NCBI GenBank assembly: GCA_964345035.1
Contig: CAYFPO010000002.1
Span: forward strand, 96,684-160,683
Reading direction: 5' to 3'
DNA from: an uncultured bacterium
GTDB lineage: Bacteria; Fidelibacterota; Marinisomatia; SCGC-AAA003-L08; GCA-002704045
DNA: 64,000 nucleotides
In this document: piece after piece, positions 18,290-26,760 of the stretch
How the letters are laid out: the number at the start of each line of letters is the position of its first letter
How positions within the stretch are numbered: the first letter of the stretch is position 1
Translations under genes and position numbers: made by a program
Notes under the pieces: generated by a model
Seen by the model: only the letters and a program-made list of their open reading frames with translations
Databases searched by the model: none
What the model was told of the DNA's origin: nothing

Positions 18290-19501
18290 ATGGAAACCAG
18301 GATAAAACTTGATATTCATACTGTTACCCAATTAAATAATCGGGTAAAATCTCATATTGAAGACAGATTTTCCAAGATATGGGTTGAAGGTGAATTATCT
18401 TCTTTTAAGCAATATCCTTCCGGACATTCCTATTTTAACTTAAAAGATAATACCAGTGAATTATCCTGTGTGCTTTTCCAGTCAGAATCTGCAAATTTAT
18501 CATTTAAACCTGAAATTGGCATGCAGGTTTTACTGGAGGGTAATCTCTCCATATATGTACCAAGAGGACAATACCAGTTTATCGCAAGAGAAATGTATCC
18601 GGCAGGTCAGGGAGAATTATGGCTGAACTTTGAAAAACTCCGACAGAAGCTACAGGATGAAGGATTATTCTCTGATGACAGGAAGAAACAATTACCAAAA
18701 TATCCCCGGAGAATTGGAGTAGTCACCTCATCTAGTGGGGCTGTCATACGTGATATTATTCGTGTGATTTCCAGGAGAGCCCCCCATGTAAGCATCCTGA
18801 TAAAACCTGCCAGAGTACAAGGAGCAGGAGCAGAACAGGATATTGCTACCGGTATCAATGAGTTAAATTTATATGGCAACGTTGATACAATAATAATCGG
18901 AAGAGGCGGCGGCTCTATGGAAGATCTCTGGTGTTTTAATCAGGAAATCGTTGCAAGGGCAATTGTCGATTCTGAAATTCCCATTATTTCTGCAGTAGGT
19001 CATGAGACGGATTTCACAATCTCTGACTTTACCGCAGATGTGAGGGCATCAACACCTTCGGTAGCTGCAGAATTGGCTGTCCCGGATTCGAGAGAATTAG
19101 TGCAATATTTAGATAAAGCTGAATTAACATTACATCAAAGTATACAAAACCAAATTTTATACCGTCATGAAAACCTTAATAATCTATTGCATAGATACGG
19201 CTTTCAAAAACCAGACATTTTGATAAATGAGTTTCTACAAAAAATATCAAAAATGCAAAATGAAATTAAAATCTTTACTATTCAAATCATAGAAAACTGG
19301 AAATCCAGAATTGATGGTATATTCAGCCGATTAAAGGATATGAATCCAGATAATGTTCTAAACAGGGGATATGCTATGGTTACAAATGAAGAAAATAAAA
19401 TAATCAGTTCCGGGTTACAGATCCAAACTGGAGAAAATATACATATTTCCCTTAAAGAAGATATTATACATGCAGATGTAACAGGAGTATCAAGAAAGTG
19501 A
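18290..19501 (+). CDS. xseA: exodeoxyribonuclease VII large subunit
   Basis: 403 aa with an OB-fold N-terminus, a conserved core (GVVTSSSGAVIRDI, RGGGS.EDLW.FN, GHETD.T) and an overlapping xseB. Confidence 0.9.
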   Translation: METRIKLDIHTVTQLNNRVKSHIEDRFSKIWVEGELSSFKQYPSGHSYFNLKDNTSELSCVLFQSESANLSFKPEIGMQVLLEGNLSIYVPRGQYQFIAREMYPAGQGELWLNFEKLRQKLQDEGLFSDDRKKQLPKYPRRIGVVTSSSGAVIRDIIRVISRRAPHVSILIKPARVQGAGAEQDIATGINELNLYGNVDTIIIGRGGGSMEDLWCFNQEIVARAIVDSEIPIISAVGHETDFTISDFTADVRASTPSVAAELAVPDSRELVQYLDKAELTLHQSIQNQILYRHENLNNLLHRYGFQKPDILINEFLQKISKMQNEIKIFTIQIIENWKSRIDGIFSRLKDMNPDNVLNRGYAMVTNEENKIISSGLQIQTGENIHISLKEDIIHADVTGVSRK

Positions 19502-19719
19502 CAAAACAAGAAAACAAATTTGAGACCTCAATGGAGAGATTGCAAAATGTGGTTCAGGCACTTGAATCAGGTAATTTAACCTTGGATGAATCTCTAATAT
19601 TATTTGAAGAAGGAATGCAACTTGTAAAGGATTGTAAAACAGAGTTAATTGCAGCAGAAGAACGAGTGAGCACATTACTGAAAACAGAGGATGGTTTCGA
19701 AGAAAAACCCGGAACCTGA
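19498..19719 (+). CDS. xseB: exodeoxyribonuclease VII small subunit
   Basis: 73 aa containing FE.S...L...V..LE.G.L.L.ESL..FEEG..L...C. The GTG start overlaps the xseA stop (GTGA). Confidence 0.88.
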   Translation: MTKQENKFETSMERLQNVVQALESGNLTLDESLILFEEGMQLVKDCKTELIAAEERVSTLLKTEDGFEEKPGT

Positions 19720-19724
19720 ATAAA

Positions 19725-20594
19725 ATGAAAATTGGGTGTACTGGAAATTATCTAAAACCGGAATTTTTCACAATATTGGAAAAATTAATTCCCGTGATTA
19801 AAGATTCCGGGAGTGAACTCATTTTGTCCTCCAGGATTCAATCCGGTGAAGATCATAAATTTCTCAAAGATATAAAAGTATGCCATTTGGATGAGATCCT
19901 TGAAAAATGTGAATTCATGTTATCCATCGGCGGTGATGGAACCATTTTTTCAACTGTCAGACAAATGGAAGATAAAGGAATTCCAATCTTGGGGATTCAT
20001 ATTGGAGGACTTGGTTTTCTTGCTGAATGCAGTGAAAAAAACTGCTTGGATGCGTTACAAACTGTCCTTACCGGAAATTATAAAACAGTAAAACGTATGC
20101 TCTTAAAAACAGTGATTTCAGGAAATGATGACAAGGCATATTATGCCATCAATGATGTAGTTATTGATCATGGAAATTCACCCAGAATACTGGAAACCAA
20201 TGTGTCCATATCGGGTAATCATCTGAATACATATAAAAGCGATGGGATTATTGTTTCAACACCCACAGGATCTACAGCGTATTCATTATCTGCAGGCGGT
20301 CCCATTATTACTCCATGGTTGGATGTTATCACACTTACTCCAATTTGCCCCCATTCCCTGTCTGCAAGGACAATTGTATTGCCATCTACGGATACCATTG
20401 ATATCAGGTTTACTGACGACCAAACCGGTATGGCAGTTACCATCGATGGTCAAATTCATTTTCAAGTTGATTTTATATCAAAAATATCCATTTCCAAAGC
20501 AGAATTTAATGCACAATTTGTTAAGTTATCAGATTCAGATTATTTTAGGACATTAAGAACAAAAATGGGTTGGTCAGGGAATGTCCGTAAATAA
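19725..20594 (+). CDS. nadK: NAD kinase
   Basis: Motifs GGDGTIFS, NDVVI and DGIIVSTPTGSTAYSLSAGGPI are present. Confidence 0.9.
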   Translation: MKIGCTGNYLKPEFFTILEKLIPVIKDSGSELILSSRIQSGEDHKFLKDIKVCHLDEILEKCEFMLSIGGDGTIFSTVRQMEDKGIPILGIHIGGLGFLAECSEKNCLDALQTVLTGNYKTVKRMLLKTVISGNDDKAYYAINDVVIDHGNSPRILETNVSISGNHLNTYKSDGIIVSTPTGSTAYSLSAGGPIITPWLDVITLTPICPHSLSARTIVLPSTDTIDIRFTDDQTGMAVTIDGQIHFQVDFISKISISKAEFNAQFVKLSDSDYFRTLRTKMGWSGNVRK

Positions 20595-22317
20595 ATTAAC
20601 AATCACTTATATTTTCATTGCCCTAATTTCACTCGGTTGCGAAAATTCACATCAGTCATCTTTTAAAATGTTTTCCAGAGCTTTTCTGGATTGGTATTAC
20701 CGTAACAATCCAGTGCATTCAACTTGGTTAGGAATTCATAAATATGATAATAAATTCGGAAAGTATAGTTCAGAAGACAGTGATCAGGAATATGAAGATG
20801 TGAATCGATTTTTGATAGAACTGAATCAGATTGATCATACCAAATTGTCAAAGGAATATCAAATTGATTATTTCATACTGAAAAATGCCATGGAGAAAAT
20901 GCAGTTCAATTATGAAGAGTTAAAAACTTCGGAATGGAATCCAATGGCAGTACCATGGATAATTGGAGATGGTATTTCAAGTTTGACAGACAGAAATTTT
21001 GCTCCTGTAGAAAACCGAACTGCAAATCTGGTTCATAGAATTCGTGCCATTCCCAGAGTGGTTACTGAGATACAGAACAGAATTACAAATGCCCCGGAAA
21101 TTTATACAATCACTGCTATCAAACAAATGAATGGTATTTTTACAATGTTAGAATCGGCAGCATCAACTATGTCTGCAAGTTCAAACATAATGGATTCACT
21201 TGATGCTGTTATCGAAATTGCTGAGACTGCTTTACGAAAATATCATCTCTGGCTGGAAGATGATCTACTTCCGAGAAGTGAAAAAGATTTCAGGATTGGC
21301 AGAGATTTATATAACAAGAAATTCAATTTTTCGGTAAATGAAAATATTTCTCCTGAATCAGTATTGAAAAGTGCATATGAAAATTTAGCAAATACCCAGG
21401 AAAAAATGTTTAAAATCTCACTCCCGTTATATTTACTGGAAAATGATGAACCTGTATGGGTCAGTAGAAAAGATACTCTGGATGTAATCCGGTGGATGCT
21501 CAATGAAATTGCAGATGACCATGGATCACGTGATTATGTAGTGCAAAATGCCAGAAATACCATCAAGGAGTTAGAAAATTTTATACAGGTGAATCATATT
21601 CTGACATTGGATGATTCCCAACCATTGCTGCTCCGGGAGACACCGGAATATCAGCGTGGAGTTGCTATTGCAGGTCTGGATGCACCAGGACCATTTGAAG
21701 ATAAACTGAAAACATTTTATAATATTTCACCCATTCCTGAGGATTGGACAGATGAAAAGGCAGAAAGTTTTTTAAGAGAATACAATGACATTTCTTTAAA
21801 AATATTGAGTATCCACGAGGCATTACCGGGGCATTACGTTCAATTGTATTATGCCCGTGAACATCCCTCAGAAATTCGGGCGGTTTTCGGAAGCGGAGTG
21901 ATGATTGAAGGCTGGGCGCATTATTGTGAAGGGATGATGGTGGATGCAGGACTTGGTGGTGGAGATCCACGATATAAAATTGTTCAATTGAAATGGGCAT
22001 TGAGGGGCATTACAAATGCTATTATTGATCAGGAAATTCATGCAGGGACAATGACAAAGGAAGAGGCGATTTATCTGATGACCGAAGAGGGATTTCAGGA
22101 ATTATCAGAAGCAGAAGGGAAGTGGGTAAGAGCCCAATTGACATCCTGCCAATTATCCACATACTTCATAGGAACCCAAAAAATGTGGAACTTACGAAGA
22201 AGCATTGAAAAGAAATTAGGGAAGTCCTTCAACCTTAAAAATTTTCATGAAGAAGTATTGTCCTTTGGTTCAATCCCTGTAAAATATATCCGGGAAATAA
22301 TGATTGGTGAATCCTGA
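20581..22317 (+). CDS. DUF885 family protein (putative secreted or lipoprotein metallopeptidase-like)
   Basis: 578 aa with an N-terminal signal and Cys (IALISLGCENS). The HEALPGHYVQ block is typical of DUF885. Confidence 0.7.
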   Translation: MSVNKLTITYIFIALISLGCENSHQSSFKMFSRAFLDWYYRNNPVHSTWLGIHKYDNKFGKYSSEDSDQEYEDVNRFLIELNQIDHTKLSKEYQIDYFILKNAMEKMQFNYEELKTSEWNPMAVPWIIGDGISSLTDRNFAPVENRTANLVHRIRAIPRVVTEIQNRITNAPEIYTITAIKQMNGIFTMLESAASTMSASSNIMDSLDAVIEIAETALRKYHLWLEDDLLPRSEKDFRIGRDLYNKKFNFSVNENISPESVLKSAYENLANTQEKMFKISLPLYLLENDEPVWVSRKDTLDVIRWMLNEIADDHGSRDYVVQNARNTIKELENFIQVNHILTLDDSQPLLLRETPEYQRGVAIAGLDAPGPFEDKLKTFYNISPIPEDWTDEKAESFLREYNDISLKILSIHEALPGHYVQLYYAREHPSEIRAVFGSGVMIEGWAHYCEGMMVDAGLGGGDPRYKIVQLKWALRGITNAIIDQEIHAGTMTKEEAIYLMTEEGFQELSEAEGKWVRAQLTSCQLSTYFIGTQKMWNLRRSIEKKLGKSFNLKNFHEEVLSFGSIPVKYIREIMIGES

Positions 22318-22460
22318 TGGGGGGAAAAAATCGTAATAAATTTGAAAAATGGCTGGATAAGTACAACCATATTATGGAACTGGTGAGAACACTTGCAGCT
22401 TTGACGGTTCTGATCCTGCAGATTTTTATATTCATCAAATTATTCGGCTTGATGGAATGA
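22317..22460 (+). CDS. 47-aa tail-anchored micro-protein (hypothetical)
   Basis: Its ATG overlaps the DUF885 stop (TGATG). The translation is MGGKNRNKFEKWLDKYNHIMELVRTLAALTVLILQIFIFIKLFGLME: a polar N-terminus followed by one C-terminal TM helix. It is too short to appear in the track. Confidence 0.35.
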   Translation: MGGKNRNKFEKWLDKYNHIMELVRTLAALTVLILQIFIFIKLFGLME

Positions 22461-22627
22461 GAAGATTTTTTCAAATATTAATCTTGGTGTTATTATTCCC
22501 TTAACCAAAAAGAAATCACATTAATTTCCGAATAACCACATTAGGAGAAAAGCTCCAATCAAAGATATCCACATTAATGCCTGTATTGTCCGTTTATTCA
22601 TACTAAAATTTACAAAATAGTAACATT

Positions 22628-24001
22628 ATGAAAACAATTATCGAACCATTTAGAATTAAATCTGTAGAGCCCATCAATTTAAGTACCCGAACTACACGGG
22701 AATATTACCTGAAGGCCGCACATTATAATCTTTTTTTAATCCATTCCAAGGATGTGATTATTGATCTGCTCACTGATTCAGGGACAGGTGCAATGAGCAG
22801 CGAGCAATGGGCAGGTATAATGCGAGGAGATGAAAGTTATGCAGGCAGTATAAGTTTTCAAAGATTTGAGAGAGTAATTCAGGATATCTGGGGATTTGAG
22901 CATATTATACCCACACATCAAGGGAGAGCAGCAGAAAGGATATTATTTTCTGTGATGTGTAAAGAAGGCGATATTGTCCCTAATAATACACATTTTGATA
23001 CAACACGGGCCAATGTGGAATTTCAGGGGGCTGAAGCATTGGATATAACCATTCCCGAAAGTAATTTTCCTGAACTATACCATCCATTTAAGGGGAATAT
23101 GGATGTAAATAAATTAAAAAAAGTCATCAAACAAAAAGGTAATGATAAAATCCCATTAATAATGATCACTGTAACCAATAATTCCAAAGGTGGTCAACCT
23201 GTATCCATGGAAAATATCAGAGAAGTTTCAAATATTGCCAATGAAAATGGAATTCCCTTTTATCTGGATGCATGCAGATTTGCTGAAAATGCCTGGTTTA
23301 TCAAACAACGGGAAAAAGGATATGAAAACAAAACCATAAAATCAATCGTTGCAGAAATGTTTTCCTATGCGGACGGCTGCACGATGAGTGCAAAAAAGGA
23401 CGGCATCGCAAATATTGGTGGTATTTTATGCACCAACAATAAGGAATTATCTCAAAAAGAAAAAGATTTGTTGATCCTTACAGAAGGATTTCCTACGTAT
23501 GGCGGTTTGGCAGGCAGAGATTTGGAGGCAATCGCAATTGGAGTTGAAGAAGCAATGAATGAGGATTATCTTCAATACAGAATTTCATCTACCCAATATC
23601 TGGGTGAGCATTTATTGAATAACGGGGTACCGATTCTAAAACCTCCTGGCGGGCATGCAATTTATATTGATGCAAAAAAAATGCTTCCTCATATACCAAC
23701 AGATCAATTTCCGGGACAGGCGCTTATTTGTGCAATTTATGAAGAAGCAGGAATTAGAGCAGTAGAAGTGGGATCGGTAATGTTTGGTAAAACTGATGAG
23801 GATACTGGCAGAGAGATTTCTGCAGAAATGGAACTTGTGCGGTTGGCAATTCCCCGAAGGACCTATACACAAAGTCATATTGATTATGTTATTGAAGCAA
23901 TTACTGATGTGAATAAGAAAAAAGAGAGGTTATCCGGATTACAAATGACTTTCCAAACAAAATATCTCAGACATTTTTCTGCCCATTTCAAACCGATGTA
24001 A
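22628..24001 (+). CDS. tnaA: tryptophanase / tyrosine phenol-lyase family beta-eliminating lyase (most likely tryptophanase)
   Basis: EPFRIKSVEP...DLLTDSGTGAMS..QWAG.M.GDESYAGS is present, with the PLP lysine in SAKKDGIANIGG. The length is 457 aa. Confidence 0.85.
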   Translation: MKTIIEPFRIKSVEPINLSTRTTREYYLKAAHYNLFLIHSKDVIIDLLTDSGTGAMSSEQWAGIMRGDESYAGSISFQRFERVIQDIWGFEHIIPTHQGRAAERILFSVMCKEGDIVPNNTHFDTTRANVEFQGAEALDITIPESNFPELYHPFKGNMDVNKLKKVIKQKGNDKIPLIMITVTNNSKGGQPVSMENIREVSNIANENGIPFYLDACRFAENAWFIKQREKGYENKTIKSIVAEMFSYADGCTMSAKKDGIANIGGILCTNNKELSQKEKDLLILTEGFPTYGGLAGRDLEAIAIGVEEAMNEDYLQYRISSTQYLGEHLLNNGVPILKPPGGHAIYIDAKKMLPHIPTDQFPGQALICAIYEEAGIRAVEVGSVMFGKTDEDTGREISAEMELVRLAIPRRTYTQSHIDYVIEAITDVNKKKERLSGLQMTFQTKYLRHFSAHFKPM

Positions 24002-24116
24002 ATAATTTGTTATTTGAAAATTTTCATATTCAATTCATATTAAATACTAATTTTTCATTTTATACCAATTCCAAAAGATAATAAATTCATCAGTTGGAAA
24101 TCCCCCCAAAGAATAA

Positions 24117-26102
24117 ATGACAGTGATAACACAAGATATAGAACAACATAGCATCAATATTTGTAAAGGGTTGATATTAGATACTGTACGAAAGGCAAAT
24201 TCCGGTCATTCCGGCGGGCCGCTGTCATCTCTTGATTTCGCCTATGTATTGTATAAGGATTTTCTAAGGTTTGATCCTGATGATCCTGAATGGTTTAATA
24301 GAGACAGATTTGTCTTGTCGGTTGGTCATATATCAGCAATGTTGTATACACTTCTCACAATGGTTGGATGGTTGGATATGGATGATTTAAAGAAGTTTCG
24401 TCAGCTTCATTCCAGAACTCCAGGACATCCAGAAAGAGGATTAGTACCTGGTGTGGAAGCAACAACAGGACCTTTAGGGCAAGGTGTTGGGAATGCTGTG
24501 GGAATGTCAGTTGCTGAGTGTATTTTACGGCACCAGTTTGGAGAGGATATTGTAGACCACTATACATATTTACTTCATGGTGATGGTGACATACAGGAAC
24601 CGGTAGCTCAAGGTGCAATCGCCTTAGCGGGTCATTGGGGATTGGGAAAACTTATTGCATTTTACGATGCAAATGATGCACAAATATCCGGAAAAGTTTC
24701 CAGGTCCGATTCAACGGATTACGCAAAATTTTTTGAATCTAATCAATGGCATGTCCAGGAAATTGACGGGCATGACCGAGATGCTATCCGTGATTCCATC
24801 CGTAGAGCTCAAATGGAAATTGAAAGACCATCCATAATTATTGGCACTACGGTAATGGCAATGGGTACAGCTACAATGGAACATGATTTTAATACCCATG
24901 GTATGCCCCTTCCTCATGAAGAAATAGCAGCAACTAAAACCAAATTAGGGTTGAATCCTGAGATAAAATTTTATTTACCTGAAGAAATTATCACTGATTT
25001 TCAATCAGGGTTTGAATATGCGCGGGAAGAAGTCTCTGCTTGGAAAAATGTGCTGATGAAACGGTGTAAAGATAAGGAATTTAACCGAAGTTGGGAAGCA
25101 GCATTGAACGGGACAATTCCAGAGATAGACTGGCCGACATATTCACTAGGTGAAAAACTTGCAACCAGAAAAGTTTGGGGGCATGTCATAGAAGCTCTGG
25201 CTGAGAAAATGCCGTCTCTAGTTGGCGGATCAGCAGATTTAGAACCGTCCAATAATACCGGAGGATTTGCTAAATTAGTTGAGGATTTCAACAGGGATAA
25301 TCATGAAGGTAGAAACTTTGCTTATGGTGTAAGAGAATTCCCTATGGGTACTATCAATAATGGAATCGCGCAGCATGGCGGATTAAAAGTGTTCGGTGCT
25401 ACGTTTTTCACATTTTCTGACTACGAAAGACCAGCAATTCGATTGAGGGCATTACAAGGGCTGCCAGTTATTACCGAATATACACATGACTCAATTTATG
25501 TGGGTGAAGATGGTCCTACACATCAACCAATTGAACATTTAATGGCTACAAGGGCAATCCCAAATTTACTTGTAATCCGGCCAGCAGATGCTGCAGAGGC
25601 GGTTACAGCATGTCAAGTTGCTTTAGAGCAGACTGAACGACCTTCACTAATATTGCTCTCACGGCAAAGTCTTCCCATAATTGAGAGGAACTCAAATTCT
25701 TCTGCAGATGAACTGCGTAAGGGCGGATATATTATTTCTGATTCTTATTCTACTCCTGAAATTGTTATTTTTGCGACTGGATCTGAAGTTTCCCTGGTAT
25801 TGGAAGCAAAAGAGCTTCTTCATGAATTTAATATCAGGGTAATAAATTTACCTTGCTGGGAATTATTTGACGAACAACCAGAAGAATACAAATCCTCTAT
25901 AATGAACCATGAAAATGCATTTCTAGTTTCAGTTGAAAGTGGAATAACAGCTGGTTGGGAAAAATATACTGGAAGATTTGGGCTCAATATTGGTATAAAT
26001 AGATTTGGAGAATCTGCACCAGGATCTGATGTAGCCGACTTTTTTGGATTTACACCGAAAAAGGTTGCAGATAAGATTAAAGCTGCATATAATAATCAGT
26101 GA
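24117..26102 (+). CDS. tkt: transketolase
   Basis: 661 aa with GHSGGPLS, the ThDP motif HGDGD..EP, and GEDGPTHQPIEHL. Confidence 0.93.
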   Translation: MTVITQDIEQHSINICKGLILDTVRKANSGHSGGPLSSLDFAYVLYKDFLRFDPDDPEWFNRDRFVLSVGHISAMLYTLLTMVGWLDMDDLKKFRQLHSRTPGHPERGLVPGVEATTGPLGQGVGNAVGMSVAECILRHQFGEDIVDHYTYLLHGDGDIQEPVAQGAIALAGHWGLGKLIAFYDANDAQISGKVSRSDSTDYAKFFESNQWHVQEIDGHDRDAIRDSIRRAQMEIERPSIIIGTTVMAMGTATMEHDFNTHGMPLPHEEIAATKTKLGLNPEIKFYLPEEIITDFQSGFEYAREEVSAWKNVLMKRCKDKEFNRSWEAALNGTIPEIDWPTYSLGEKLATRKVWGHVIEALAEKMPSLVGGSADLEPSNNTGGFAKLVEDFNRDNHEGRNFAYGVREFPMGTINNGIAQHGGLKVFGATFFTFSDYERPAIRLRALQGLPVITEYTHDSIYVGEDGPTHQPIEHLMATRAIPNLLVIRPADAAEAVTACQVALEQTERPSLILLSRQSLPIIERNSNSSADELRKGGYIISDSYSTPEIVIFATGSEVSLVLEAKELLHEFNIRVINLPCWELFDEQPEEYKSSIMNHENAFLVSVESGITAGWEKYTGRFGLNIGINRFGESAPGSDVADFFGFTPKKVADKIKAAYNNQ

Positions 26103-26233
26103 TCGTTTCATCGTAGAACTATTCTCTTTATCTATATATAGAGATATTCTTAAATTAACCCCCTCGAAAACTTCGAAATAAACCAAAATTACACGTAACA
26201 TTAAAAATTAAATCATACAAGGGGATCAACCGT

Positions 26234-26668
26234 ATGGCCAAATGGAACCAAACCACCTTCATGGGAACTTTAAAAGATTCTTGTTTACCTCACGCAACGA
26301 ATATTGTTATTGATTTGGTTAAATATGCAGGTGATGAAGCAGATATTGTAACCTGGGGAAGAGGTGAAGGATATGGCACCATGACCTTTAAATGTAAATG
26401 TGATGACTTTGGAATTGTACCACTTTTTCATGTAACCACCAGTGGACAAATAAAATTTCTCCTGAACCACATGAGGCAAAAAGTACGGAAAAGAGAAATT
26501 TTACGGGATTTTCAATTAAAGTTAGAGTCTAATTTTATGATGGATTTTAATGAAGAGGAATACGATTCTGATATTTATTATGACGTAGATACACTTTTCA
26601 ATACCAAAACAGATATTGACAAGTTTAAAAGTACAATTGATGGAATAACTGCCAGGTTAAAACAATAA
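26234..26668 (+). CDS. hypothetical protein (144 aa)
   Basis: It is a clean ORF followed by a strong terminator. I recognise no motif in it. Confidence 0.5.
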   Translation: MAKWNQTTFMGTLKDSCLPHATNIVIDLVKYAGDEADIVTWGRGEGYGTMTFKCKCDDFGIVPLFHVTTSGQIKFLLNHMRQKVRKREILRDFQLKLESNFMMDFNEEEYDSDIYYDVDTLFNTKTDIDKFKSTIDGITARLKQ

Positions 26669-26683
26669 TTTGGGAAAATATAC

Positions 26684-26708
26684 CCCCGATATTTCGGGGG
26701 TTTTTTTT
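26684..26708 (+). terminator. rho-independent terminator
   Basis: The stem-loop CCCCCGA-TATT-TCGGGGG is followed by T8. Confidence 0.9.
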
Positions 26709-26760
26709 ATCTATTTGTAACATCATTGGTAAAGTTTAAAAAATATATATAATTTATATT

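Noticed and set aside
22235-22474. ORF 22235-22474 (minus strand, 79 aa)
   Set aside because: It overlaps the 3' end of the DUF885 gene and the coupled plus-strand micro-ORF. It has no RBS and no family resemblance.
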